This document shows positions 1 to 9,561 of a stretch of DNA of 64,000 bases, one piece after another. The stretch lies in NCBI GenBank assembly GCA_046757725.1, contig JBHHYU010000004.1:3312-67311 (forward strand). The letters run 5' to 3'. The stretch's first letter is position 1. Each line of letters begins with the position of its first letter. The notes below the pieces were generated by a model that did no database searches, was not told the origin of the DNA, and worked only from the letters and a program-made list of their open reading frames with translations. The position numbers and the translations under genes are program-made. Source of the DNA: Candidatus Binatia bacterium. GTDB taxonomy: Bacteria > Desulfobacterota > Binatia > UBA9968.

Positions 1-927
1 TTTGAGGTTTCGATAGAGCGACCATTGATTATTGTTGCGCCCTCCAGGAGCGGATCGACATTCTTGCATAAACTGCTTGCCTCCCATCCCGATGCGAGAT
101 CACCCAGGCTTTGGGAATTGCAAACGCCATGCCCACCACCACGACCCGACATAGATCAATCGGACCCGAGAATCCGGTCATGTCAAGAAAAATTTGACCG
201 TTTTTTTTCCCTCTTACCGGACTTCCGCAAAATTCACGATTTACAACCCTTGGAACCGGATGAGTGTATGCATATTTTTCGCGGCATATTTATGTGTAGA
301 CTGTCGTTTTCGGTGCCCTGCGATGTTCCGACCTATCAGGAATGGGTGGACCGGGCGGACTTTGACCCGGCGTACCGGTACTATAAAAAGGTGCTGCGAT
401 CTCTGAGTTTGAACTTTCCCGGCAAGAGAATGATTCTAAAAAGCCCAACGCATATCCTGACACTTGCCGAGTTAATAAATGTTTTTCCGGACGCTGGTAT
501 TGTCATGTTGCACCGGGATCCGCGCGTGACAGCCGCCTCTCGCTGCAGTCTCTGTGAAGCAGCGAGGATGTTCCTGACCAACGACTACGATTTAGAAGCA
601 ATCGGACATTTGTGGCGGTCCAACTGGGCACCTGCGCTAAACAGGGTTTCAGAAATCCGCTCGAACTTTTCCAAGACCTGGTTTTATGACGTTGATTACC
701 ACCGGCTCATCACCGACCCAGTGAAAACAGCCAGGGATATTTTTGAGACATTTGGTTTTCGTTACGACGGGGAAGTCGAAACCAGGTTGCGGAACTGGCT
801 GGTTGATCACCCCAAGGAAAAGTATGGCTCCCATCGTTACTCGCTGGAGCGGTACAGACTCAGCTCTAGAAAGGTTCTCGGGGCTGTTGAGCCGTATTTG
901 TCTGCGTTCGATCTGAAATACGATTGA
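1..927 (+). CDS. Sulfotransferase family protein, 5' truncated by window edge
   Basis: PAPS-binding-like motif APSRSGSTFLH, LKSPTH, HRDP; the frame is open from base 1. Confidence 0.85.
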   Translation, partial: FEVSIERPLIIVAPSRSGSTFLHKLLASHPDARSPRLWELQTPCPPPRPDIDQSDPRIRSCQEKFDRFFSLLPDFRKIHDLQPLEPDECMHIFRGIFMCRLSFSVPCDVPTYQEWVDRADFDPAYRYYKKVLRSLSLNFPGKRMILKSPTHILTLAELINVFPDAGIVMLHRDPRVTAASRCSLCEAARMFLTNDYDLEAIGHLWRSNWAPALNRVSEIRSNFSKTWFYDVDYHRLITDPVKTARDIFETFGFRYDGEVETRLRNWLVDHPKEKYGSHRYSLERYRLSSRKVLGAVEPYLSAFDLKYD

Positions 928-1077
928 GCGCTTTTTTAGGTTACCTGTCCCCAAACGTCCTCTGGCACTATTTCTTTCTTCCGTCTCATTTGACATTTCT
1001 GTGGGTGTTTGAAAATCTAATATAATCTGGTTTTGAAAAACAACCGGGTGTCAAATACTTCAGGGGAGAAGACTGAC

Positions 1078-1881
1078 ATGCTCGAACTTTATCATCACGA
1101 TTTGTCCGTATGTGCGCAGAAAGTGCGCTTGTGCCTGGAGGAGAAGGAGCTCAAGTGGGAAAGCCGTTACGTCGATCTCGGCAAGCGGGAACAGAAAAAG
1201 CCCGAATACCTCAGGCTCAATCCGAACGGCAACGTGCCTACGCTGGTTCATGACGGCACTGTTGTTTACGAATCCACCATTGTCAACGAATACCTTGATG
1301 ACGCTTTTCCGGAAAAGCCCTTACGGCCGGTTGATGCACTGGGCAAGGCACGGGTACGAAAATGGACGATTCAGCTTGACGTGAGCATCCATATGGCGAT
1401 GCGCACGTTGAACACTTCCATCGCTACGCGACATCGCGATATGGGGAATTACACACAGGAGCAGATTGAGGTAAAGCTCGGTACCATCGCGGACCCGGCC
1501 AAGCGCGAGCGCAAAATGACAAGCTTCCGTCAGGGAATCGAGTCTCCCTATGTACTGGAATCGCTGCAACGTTATGGGAAGCTCATCAAGGAGATGGAAT
1601 CCGAGCTTGCGGACGGCCGCCCCTGGCTGGTGGGCGAACAGTTTACGCTCGCCGATGTGGGATTTGCGTCTTACTTCACGATGATGGAAGCGTTGCAGAT
1701 CGGCTGGCTATGGGAAAAAAGCCCGCGATTTTGCGGTTGGTTCCAGAGACTGAAAGCGCGTCCTGCGTATGAGCGGGCGATCACCCGGTGGCTCAACTCA
1801 TCCAAAGAGTTGCCCCAGCGAATCAAAAGCGGCAAGGAATGTCGCGACCGACTGATACAAATCTTTAACGCGGCCGTATGA
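1078..1881 (+). CDS. Glutathione S-transferase family protein
   Basis: SVCAQKVRLCL, LNPNGNVPTL, ESTIVNEYLD, FTLADV motifs; GGGGAG RBS before ATG 1078. Confidence 0.9.
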   Translation: MLELYHHDLSVCAQKVRLCLEEKELKWESRYVDLGKREQKKPEYLRLNPNGNVPTLVHDGTVVYESTIVNEYLDDAFPEKPLRPVDALGKARVRKWTIQLDVSIHMAMRTLNTSIATRHRDMGNYTQEQIEVKLGTIADPAKRERKMTSFRQGIESPYVLESLQRYGKLIKEMESELADGRPWLVGEQFTLADVGFASYFTMMEALQIGWLWEKSPRFCGWFQRLKARPAYERAITRWLNSSKELPQRIKSGKECRDRLIQIFNAAV

Positions 1882-1899
1882 CGGGGTCGGATACGGGAT

Positions 1900-2015
1900 C
1901 GGAAGTCTTTTCTCCGAACCTTTGGTCTAGCCGCAAATAGTTTTCTTTTTTCTTTCCCTCGGCAGGTGGCATGATAGTAGCCATCGGCATAGTCAATTCG
2001 CAGCGGTCTGCCCAT
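1900..2015 (-). pseudogene. N-terminal remnant of a REP-associated (RAYT/IS200-like) Y1 transposase
   Basis: MGRPLRIDYADGYYHATCRGKEKRKLF resembles the MARPLRI..YH.TxRGN start of RAYT/Y1 transposases, then similarity is lost before the HUH motif. Confidence 0.6.
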
Positions 2016-2166
2016 GCCTTTTGCCTTTTCTATTCCTCCTTTGTTAGTATTCATTAGTGCCGATGTGGGATGTTGCCTAACCCGGTCTCGTTGAAACTTC
2101 ACGCACAAATCCTCCCGGCCATAGAGAATCAAAAGACCTCGGGTTCAGGAGTCGGAAGCGATCGCC

Positions 2167-4926
2167 ATGCCCACCCCCGAAAACCAAGCCAGGGAAAACA
2201 TCGACGCACTACTTGCCCAATGCGGCTGGATAGTGCAAGACAAGAAAGCTGCCAACTTATCCGCTGCTCGTGGCGTAGCCCTCCGGGAGTTATCATTTAA
2301 AACCGGCGAACCCGACTACACTTTGTTCGCCGACGGCAAGGCTGTCGGCACTGTGGAGGCCAAACCTGAAGGCCACTCCCTGATTGGCGTGGAGGAGCAG
2401 TCGGAGAAATACGTCAAAGCTGTTCCCTTCGGAATGCCCGCTTGGCGCTCGCCGCTTCCTTTCAGCTACGAGTCCACCGGTACGGAGACGCGCTTCACCA
2501 ACCGGCTCGATCCCGAGCCGCGCAGCCGTAACGTCTTTGCGTTTCATAAGCCGGAGACCTTGCTCAATTGGGCACGGGCCGACAAACAACTCAATCAATG
2601 TCTACGCGAGTTACCGCCGCTCGTTACCGACGGTCTCTGGAAGGCGCAGATCGAGGCGATCAACAACCTGGAAAAATCTTTTGCCGGCAACAAGCCGCGC
2701 GCCCTCATTCAGATGGCCACCGGCTCGGGAAAAACCTTCACGGCGGTCAATTTCAGCTACCGTCTGATTAAGAACGCCGGGGCTCGCCGCGTGCTCTTTC
2801 TCGTCGACCGCGGCAACTTGGGCGAGCAGACCTTCAAAGAGTTTGACCAGTTCGTCTCGCCGGTGAATAATTACAAATTTACCGAGGAGTTTATCGTTCA
2901 GCATCTTAAACGCAATGTGCTCGACGATTCCTCCCGCGTGGTGATCAGCACGGTCCAGCGCCTCTACTCCATGCTCAAAGGCGAGGCCGAGCCGCCGCCC
3001 GACCTGGACGACCTACGCATCGATGCCGCCGAGTCGCTGTACAAAGAACCCCTGCCCGTGGAGTACAACCCCAGCCTTCCCATTGAGACCTTCGATTTTA
3101 TCATCACCGACGAGTGCCACCGCTCGATTTACAACCTTTGGCGCCAGGTGCTGGAATACTTCGACGCCTATCTAATCGGCCTCACTGCCACGCCATCCAA
3201 GCAGGCCTTCGGCTTTTTCGACCAGAATCTGGTCATGGAATACAACCACGAGAAGGCCGTCGCCGACGGCGTCAACGTGAACTACGACGTGTACCGCATA
3301 GACACGGAAATTACGTCGAAAGGCTCAAAGATCGACGCCGGTTTCTACGTCGACAAACGTGATCGTCAGACACGCAAGAAACGTTGGGAGCAGCTCGATG
3401 ACGAGTTTCAATACGAAGCCGGCCAGCTCGACCGCGAGGTGGTGGCGAAAGACCAGATCCGCACTGTCCTGCAAACTTTCCGCGACAATCTGTTCACCGA
3501 CATTTTTCCCGGACGCGCCGACATGCCCAAAACGCTGATCTTTGCCAAGGACGACTCCCATGCCGAGGATATTGTCGACATCTGCCGCGAGGTGTTCGAC
3601 AAGGGCAACGACTTTTGCCAGAAGATTACCTACAAGACCACCGGAACGGACCCAAAGACGCTGATTCAGAGATTCCGCAATAGCTACAATCCACGGATCG
3701 CCGTCACTGTCGATATGATCGCTACCGGCACCGACGTCAAACCTTTGGAAGTTGTTTTTTTCATGCGCTCGGTGAAATCGCGGGGCTTCTTCGAGCAGAT
3801 GAAGGGCCGGGGCGTGCGAGTGATCTCTGAGACGGAGATGGAGCAGGTGAACCCCGGCGTCAAGCGCAAGAGCCGTTTCGTGATCGTCGATGCCGTCGGA
3901 GTCTGCGAGCGCGACATGACCGACTCCCACCCGCTAGAACGGAAGCGCAACGTGACGTTCGACAAACTGCTCGACGCCATTGCCCTTGGCAACCGGGAAC
4001 CCGAAGCGCTGGAAAGCCTTGCCGGTAGACTCGTTCGTTTGGAAAAGCGTTTCGACGAAGCCCTTGCGGGTGAAGTCCGCACAACCGCAAATGGCCAGAT
4101 ACTCTCTGAGATCGCGCAGACTTTACTTGCTTCGACAAATCTAGACAATATCGAAGCCAAAGCCAGGGAAGGAAAAGAACCCTACTATCAACCGACGGAC
4201 ACGGACTTACAAAGCTCGCAAGCCAAACTCATGCAGGAAGCCGTCGCGCCGCTGGCTAAGAACCCCGCGCTGCGCCAGCTCTTGATCAGAATCCATCAGG
4301 CCAGCGAACAGGTCATTGACATCATCTCCCGCGACCGTGTGCTGTTCGCCGGCGCATCTCAGCAAACCACGCAGAACGCCGAGCAGGTCACGAAATCGTT
4401 TCGCGATTACATCGAAAAACACAAAGCCGAGATCACCGCGCTTCAGCTACTCTACGGTCGCCCCTATCGTCACCGGCTTACGGAGCCGATGCTCAAAGAG
4501 TTGGAGAAAAAGCTCCGTGAAGAACATGCAGCCTGGACCGAAGACCGGTTATGGGATTCCTTTGCCGCCGTCGCACCGAAAAAGGTTAAGGGTCGATCCC
4601 AAGCCGGACGCTTCGCTGATCTTGTGGCCCTTGTTCGCTTCGCGCTCGAACGCGAGCAGGTTCTTCGGCCTTTTACCGACACCGTGAATCAGCGCTTCAT
4701 CGAGTGGAACGAAAGAAATATCTCGAAGGATATTGTTTTCACCCCCGAACAACGTGCCTGGCTCGAACTCATCCGCGACCATATCGCTACCAGCTTGAGC
4801 ATCGAAACCGAACACTTCAACTATGCTCCCTTCAGCCAGCGCGGCGGATTGGGGAGGGCTCATCTGCTTTTTGGCAACGATCTGCCGAAACTGTTGGATG
4901 AACTGAATGAGGTGTTAGCGGCATGA
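2167..4926 (+). CDS. hsdR: Type I restriction enzyme R subunit (EcoEI-like)
   Basis: PDY..VEAK nuclease motif, QMATGSGKT Walker A, DECH box, LTATP, QMKGRG, and EcoEI-R-like C-terminus PFSQRGG. Confidence 0.95.
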   Translation: MPTPENQARENIDALLAQCGWIVQDKKAANLSAARGVALRELSFKTGEPDYTLFADGKAVGTVEAKPEGHSLIGVEEQSEKYVKAVPFGMPAWRSPLPFSYESTGTETRFTNRLDPEPRSRNVFAFHKPETLLNWARADKQLNQCLRELPPLVTDGLWKAQIEAINNLEKSFAGNKPRALIQMATGSGKTFTAVNFSYRLIKNAGARRVLFLVDRGNLGEQTFKEFDQFVSPVNNYKFTEEFIVQHLKRNVLDDSSRVVISTVQRLYSMLKGEAEPPPDLDDLRIDAAESLYKEPLPVEYNPSLPIETFDFIITDECHRSIYNLWRQVLEYFDAYLIGLTATPSKQAFGFFDQNLVMEYNHEKAVADGVNVNYDVYRIDTEITSKGSKIDAGFYVDKRDRQTRKKRWEQLDDEFQYEAGQLDREVVAKDQIRTVLQTFRDNLFTDIFPGRADMPKTLIFAKDDSHAEDIVDICREVFDKGNDFCQKITYKTTGTDPKTLIQRFRNSYNPRIAVTVDMIATGTDVKPLEVVFFMRSVKSRGFFEQMKGRGVRVISETEMEQVNPGVKRKSRFVIVDAVGVCERDMTDSHPLERKRNVTFDKLLDAIALGNREPEALESLAGRLVRLEKRFDEALAGEVRTTANGQILSEIAQTLLASTNLDNIEAKAREGKEPYYQPTDTDLQSSQAKLMQEAVAPLAKNPALRQLLIRIHQASEQVIDIISRDRVLFAGASQQTTQNAEQVTKSFRDYIEKHKAEITALQLLYGRPYRHRLTEPMLKELEKKLREEHAAWTEDRLWDSFAAVAPKKVKGRSQAGRFADLVALVRFALEREQVLRPFTDTVNQRFIEWNERNISKDIVFTPEQRAWLELIRDHIATSLSIETEHFNYAPFSQRGGLGRAHLLFGNDLPKLLDELNEVLAA

Positions 4927-5622
4927 CTCTTAGAACTGAACCCTTGCGAGACCTCCTCCAGGCTTTTGAGTCAGGTAGCCGTCCGAAAGGCGGCGTGACA
5001 GGAATTCGTGACGGGATTCCAAGTCTCGGGGGTGAACATCTCAATCGTGACGGTGGCTTCAAATTCAACAAAATTAAATTTGTTCCGGAGACCTTTGCAC
5101 GAGCTATGACGCGCGGTCACGTGGAACCAGAAGATATTCTTGTCGTTAAGGATGGGGCGACCACAGGAAAGGTGTCATTAATTCGTAGTGATTTTCCGTT
5201 TGCCCAAGCAGTAATTAACGAGCACGTGTTTCGCCTAAAGCTAAAAGACGATTATAACTCAGCTTACGTGTTCTATTTTTTATATTCGCTCGCCGGTCAG
5301 CAACAGATTTTGTCCGATTTTCGAGGCGCTGCTCAGGGCGGTATCAGCCAAGCGTTTGTCGACAAGGTATTTGTCCCTGTACGACCTCTCGATGAACAGC
5401 AACAGATCCCTCTCTGCGCAACCTCAATTGCCGATTCGTGACTTCAAGACATTCACTGTCGCCTTTCCATCAAAATCTGAACAGGGAAGAGTTGTCCAAG
5501 AAATTGAGCGCCACTTAAACATAGTTGATGGGCTGGAAGTAGTCGTGAACACGAACCTCCTGCGTGCTACCCGCCTCCGCCAGTCGATCCTACAGCGGGC
5601 GTTTGAGGGGAAGCTCTGCTAA
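4923..5622 (+). pseudogene. hsdS: Type I specificity subunit, internally deleted and frameshifted near 5408-5413
   Basis: TRD1 ends at PLDEQQQI; the +1 frame continues SAQPQL..PSKSEQGRVV..RLRQSILQRAFEGKL. About 700 bp in total, too short for a two-TRD HsdS. Confidence 0.8.
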
Positions 5623-5682
5623 ATGGTAAGAGTTACATACGACAAGTAGATCGTCAAACGTGGTCAGTTCCTAAAACGGGAG

Positions 5683-8181
5683 TTGGTTATGACCCAGAAC
5701 TTGCTCGGAACAACGGATATCGAGTCTGGACTTAAGGCATTGAATGAACTCGTAGACACAATCGAATGCAATCGTCCAGACTGGAATGAAGCGGATACGC
5801 GCTTCCAATTTATAGACCCCTTTGTGACCACGTGTCTGGGATGGCCAAAAAGCGAGATGCGATTAGAACAACGGCTCGAACGCACGTACACCGATTACGA
5901 ACTTGCAATTCCAAGGGCAATAATAATTGAGGCTAAACGGGAGGGTGACTATTTCGAATTGCCCGCAAATCCCGAACAACGGCTAATAGTTTCGTTGAAA
6001 TCAGTCATGGAGTTGGACAAGCGAGCAGACAACGCCATCCGGCAAGTACAAGCATATTGCAGTGGTAGGGGTACGCCGATTGCCATTGTTTGTAATGGGC
6101 ACCAGCTAATCGCCTTCTTGGCCAGTCGCCAGGATGGTCAACCGCCTTTAGAAGGTAAGTGTCTTCTAATAAACGGGCATGAGCAATTTTTAAAACAGTT
6201 TCCTCTTTTGTGGCAAAATTTGTCTCCCGCCGGCACTAGAGAACGGCGAATATTTCGGCTACTTACGACGGGAGCCGAAACGGGTATACCAAAAAAATTT
6301 TCCTCTTATTTGGTCAATTATCCCTCGTTTCGATATAAAAGCGCAATTCAAGCTAATCTTCGGACTGTTGCAGAACTATTGATAGAGGACATTGTAAAAA
6401 CACCGGAGATTGAGTCGCGTTTTTACAAGGTATGCTATTGTGAGAGCGGTGCGTTAGCACACAACGCCCTTTTAAGCCGCAAAATCTTGCTCGCGCGCTA
6501 TTCTGCGTTATTTCGACCAAGTGATGCTGCATCTAACGTAAGATCGGTAAAACCGGACAAAGACACCCTCGCCTTAACACCTGAGATCATGGCGGAGGCG
6601 TTATCCCATCGACCAATAGTGTTAATTGGTGACGTTGGTGTCGGTAAAACTTCCTTTTTAAAACATCTCATGTACGTTAGCGCTTTCGAGGAATTTCAAC
6701 GCGCAATCTACGTGTATATCGATCTTGGGAGCCAGGCAGCTTTGGAGTTAGATCTGCGTGATTTTGTCTTGTCGGAAATAGAGAGACAACTTATCGATAG
6801 ATACAAGGTCAATGTTAGGGAAGCGACCTTTGTTCGTGGCGTATACTATCGCGAAATCGAACTCTTTCGCGCGGGAATTTACGGAAGTCTTTACGCAACA
6901 AATCGATCCGAGTATGAAAATAAGCTTCTGGAATTTTTAGAAAAAAAGGTAGAGAGTAGCGCACAACATCTTCAGCAATCGGTGCAACACCTAGTCGCGG
7001 CGCGCACAAAACAAGTGATCATAATGATAGACAACGCCGATCAACGAAGCTTAGAGGTTCAACAGGAAGCGTTTCTGATAGCGCAGAACATTGCTCAGCA
7101 ATGGCGAGCTGCCGTGTTCGTTACACTAAGACCTCAGACGTTTCATCAATCTAAGCAGGCGGGAACATTTTCGGCCTATCCACAGAAGATTTTTTCCATC
7201 TCTCCACCACGGGCAGATCTGGTCGTTGAAAAGCGATTAGCCTTTGCCCTCGAGGTTGCAGAAGGAAGGCTTCCTGTTGATCAATTTCAAGGCATTGGAC
7301 TTAATTTTAAGAGCCTAGCGCTGTTTTTGAAAGCGCTTCTTTACTCTTTAAAAAACAATAAGGATTTAATCGAACTGATTTCTAATATTACTGGCGGCAA
7401 TATACGAGAAATCATAGATTTAACAACTAAATCTATAGGTAGTCCTAATGTGGATGCTGGTAAGATCATCGGTATTATGGAAAAAACTGATAAGTATCTT
7501 GTGGCCGTTCACGAGTTTTCCAAATCCGCACTTCTAGGGGAATATTCCCACTATCACGCCGATTCGTCACTTGCACTTAACATGTTTGACGTTCGGTTTC
7601 CGGATGAGCGGGAGCATTTTTTGGGTCCCATGATAGCGGCCTTTTTGAATTATGACGGTTCACATAGGAATCGTGAGGGCTTTGTTAAGGCTGATAACGT
7701 TATTATCGAAATGCAGTCTTGGGGGTATACGCCGCAACAGTCGGAGGCGGCTCTCAGACGAATGACCAATAAGCGGCTAATTGAAACAACTGAACGGATT
7801 ACGTTTGCCGAAGATGTAACCGGGCTGATCGGAGATATGCCTGCTGCGTTTCGTATTACCACCGTGGGGGTTTATCATTTGTTAAAATGGGCACCGTCTT
7901 TTGCCTACCTGGATGCGATGGTTTTTGATACGCCGATTTTTGACGAGGCAGTCCTAGACGAACTAGCAAAAGAGGCTGCGTCTTTTGAAATTGGCAAAAG
8001 GTATCTGCGAGCAAAAGCTTTTCTTACATATCTTAACACCGTGTGGCACAAGTCGGGCCTTGGAGCGCCATACTTCAGTTGGTCGGGACTAGTTCCGGCA
8101 GGCGAGGCTGAATTTGAAAGCGTCGAGCGCGTAATTGCTAGGCAATCCCTACCTGACAGAAATCAAAATAGGGGACGGTAA
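5683..8181 (+). CDS. PD-(D/E)xK (HsdR_N-like) nuclease fused to a P-loop NTPase; putative defence protein
   Basis: NEADTR..IDP..LGW, DY..IIIEAKR, AIRQ..Y in the N-terminus; Walker A GDVGVGKT; Walker B IIMIDNAD. Confidence 0.75.
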   Translation: MVMTQNLLGTTDIESGLKALNELVDTIECNRPDWNEADTRFQFIDPFVTTCLGWPKSEMRLEQRLERTYTDYELAIPRAIIIEAKREGDYFELPANPEQRLIVSLKSVMELDKRADNAIRQVQAYCSGRGTPIAIVCNGHQLIAFLASRQDGQPPLEGKCLLINGHEQFLKQFPLLWQNLSPAGTRERRIFRLLTTGAETGIPKKFSSYLVNYPSFRYKSAIQANLRTVAELLIEDIVKTPEIESRFYKVCYCESGALAHNALLSRKILLARYSALFRPSDAASNVRSVKPDKDTLALTPEIMAEALSHRPIVLIGDVGVGKTSFLKHLMYVSAFEEFQRAIYVYIDLGSQAALELDLRDFVLSEIERQLIDRYKVNVREATFVRGVYYREIELFRAGIYGSLYATNRSEYENKLLEFLEKKVESSAQHLQQSVQHLVAARTKQVIIMIDNADQRSLEVQQEAFLIAQNIAQQWRAAVFVTLRPQTFHQSKQAGTFSAYPQKIFSISPPRADLVVEKRLAFALEVAEGRLPVDQFQGIGLNFKSLALFLKALLYSLKNNKDLIELISNITGGNIREIIDLTTKSIGSPNVDAGKIIGIMEKTDKYLVAVHEFSKSALLGEYSHYHADSSLALNMFDVRFPDEREHFLGPMIAAFLNYDGSHRNREGFVKADNVIIEMQSWGYTPQQSEAALRRMTNKRLIETTERITFAEDVTGLIGDMPAAFRITTVGVYHLLKWAPSFAYLDAMVFDTPIFDEAVLDELAKEAASFEIGKRYLRAKAFLTYLNTVWHKSGLGAPYFSWSGLVPAGEAEFESVERVIARQSLPDRNQNRGR

Positions 8182-8283
8182 ATCGGCGCGAACATGGAAG
8201 AGGCGGCGAGCGGACTCGTTCAGAAACTCTGGAACTACTGCAACATCATGCCTGCCTTCGGCGCACGTAAACCTGCGGGATGA

Positions 8284-8340
8284 CCTGTCTGCGCCTGCCT
8301 GCCACTGCGTGGTGGTAGGCAGGTGCAACACACAGGCAGG
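8284..8340. repeat. Nested mini palindromic element: 27-nt CCTGTCTGCG/TGCAACACACAGGCAGG containing a 30-nt CCTGCCTGCCAC..GTGGTAGGCAGG insert
   Basis: Absent from intact hsdM at the aligned position; CCTGYCTG...AGGCAGG terminal inverted repeats. Confidence 0.75.
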
Positions 8341-8392
8341 CGGCCTGTCGTATGGCGACTACGTTGAGCAGTTGACGTTTCTGCTCTTCCTC

Positions 8393-8419
8393 TGTACCTG
8401 CGCATACAATGCAGGCAGG
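8393..8419. repeat. 27-nt mini element ending GCAGGCAGG inserted in the hsdM remnant
   Basis: Insertion between the CTC and AAG codons relative to intact hsdM. Confidence 0.65.
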
Positions 8420-8666
8420 AAGATGGCGGATGAGCAGAGCAAGCTGTTATTCAACAAGTTATCGCCGAGCAACAAAGCGTCGTCGCTGAAGTGGAGCACC
8501 GCTTGAGTGTGGTAGGAGGGACTGGAAGCACTCGTGAAAGCCGAGTTCCAGCGTGGTACCCGCCTCCGCCAGTCAATCCTACAACGACCTTTTCTGGGCA
8601 GTTAGTCTAATTTAACTATATTCTGTAGGTGATTATTCGTATTATGTGTGAATTTTAGCACAGCTA

Positions 8667-8706
8667 ATATACTATAGTTGCATTGACTTAGTATATGTAA
8701 TATGAT
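8667..8706 (+). promoter_or_regulatory. sigma70-type promoter with overlapping inverted repeat (candidate AbiEi operator)
   Basis: TTGCAT(8678)-17 bp-TATGAT(8701); ATATACTA(8667)/TAGTATAT(8689) inverted repeat straddles the -35 box. Confidence 0.55.
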
Positions 8707-8748
8707 GTAGTTCAACTATTAAGGGAATAACTGCTTAGAAAATATACT

Positions 8749-9561
8749 ATGGACACAGTGTCTGGACTCGGAAGACTCGACAGGGAAAGACTTGCGTTGG
8801 TTCTACGCGGAACGACGGGGACCATCTCAGTCGAGGACACCTCTAAAATCCTTTCCATTCCCGCCAATACTGCTGGGAAGATGTTGTCGAGATGGCGAAA
8901 GAACGGATGGCTTTCACGTGTGCGTCGAGGCTTGTATGTCCCAGTACCGCTGGAATCTCAAACCGCTGATGTTCCTCTCGAAGATCCATGGATAGTTGCG
9001 GATAGGTTGTTTTCTCCTTGCTACATCGGTGGATGGAGTGCGGCAGAGCATTGGGGCCTCACGGAGCAAATCTTTAGAACTATTGTCGTCATGACAACAC
9101 GGACACCAAGGGACCAGTCGCCAAAACTTAAAGGAACAAGTTTTTTGCTGCGAACGATTTTGAAGAAAGCCTTGTTCGGGCTGAAGCCGGTCTGGCGGGG
9201 AAGAGTCAAAGTATCAGTCTCTGATCCAACCCGCACGGTGTTGGACATGTTACATACACCGCGGCTTGGAGGAGGGATTCGTTCGACAGTCGATATTTTG
9301 ATTAGTTATTTGAAGTCTGACAGCAAGAACACAAGCCAGTTACTCGAATACGCCGAACGACTAGATAACGGTGCAGTTTATAAACGGTTAGGTTTCCTTC
9401 TAGAACGGTTTGTGTCGGAAGAAACGGAACTCATTGGCGAGTGTCATTGTCGGCTGACGAAAGGAAACGCAAAGGTCGATCCCTCCCTGTCTGCCGATAG
9501 GCTTGTCACAAAGTGGCGGCTCTGGGTTCCGGAACATTGGGTGACAGGAACACCTAAATGA
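8749..9561 (+). CDS. Type IV toxin-antitoxin AbiEi-like antitoxin
   Basis: N-terminal wHTH with RVRRGLY, YIGGWSAAEHWGLTEQ, VSDPTRTVLD, KRLGFLLE; ATGA-type overlap with the next gene. Confidence 0.85.
   Translation: MDTVSGLGRLDRERLALVLRGTTGTISVEDTSKILSIPANTAGKMLSRWRKNGWLSRVRRGLYVPVPLESQTADVPLEDPWIVADRLFSPCYIGGWSAAEHWGLTEQIFRTIVVMTTRTPRDQSPKLKGTSFLLRTILKKALFGLKPVWRGRVKVSVSDPTRTVLDMLHTPRLGGGIRSTVDILISYLKSDSKNTSQLLEYAERLDNGAVYKRLGFLLERFVSEETELIGECHCRLTKGNAKVDPSLSADRLVTKWRLWVPEHWVTGTPK

Larger units (their letters stand above)
8194..8610 (+). pseudogene. Chimeric remnant: hsdM 5' end fused to hsdS 3' end
   Basis: 8194-8467 aligns by eye to the hsdM start at 10982 (VQKLWNYCNI..LSYGDYVEQLTFLLFL..KMADEQSK). 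8467-8610 encodes EQQSVVAEVE..TRLRQSILQR and shares TACCCGCCTCCGCCAGTC with the hsdS end at ~5568. Confidence 0.85.

Noticed and set aside
8135-8506. 123-aa ORF from the track
   Set aside because: It is a reading of the hsdM remnant and its insertions, not an independent gene
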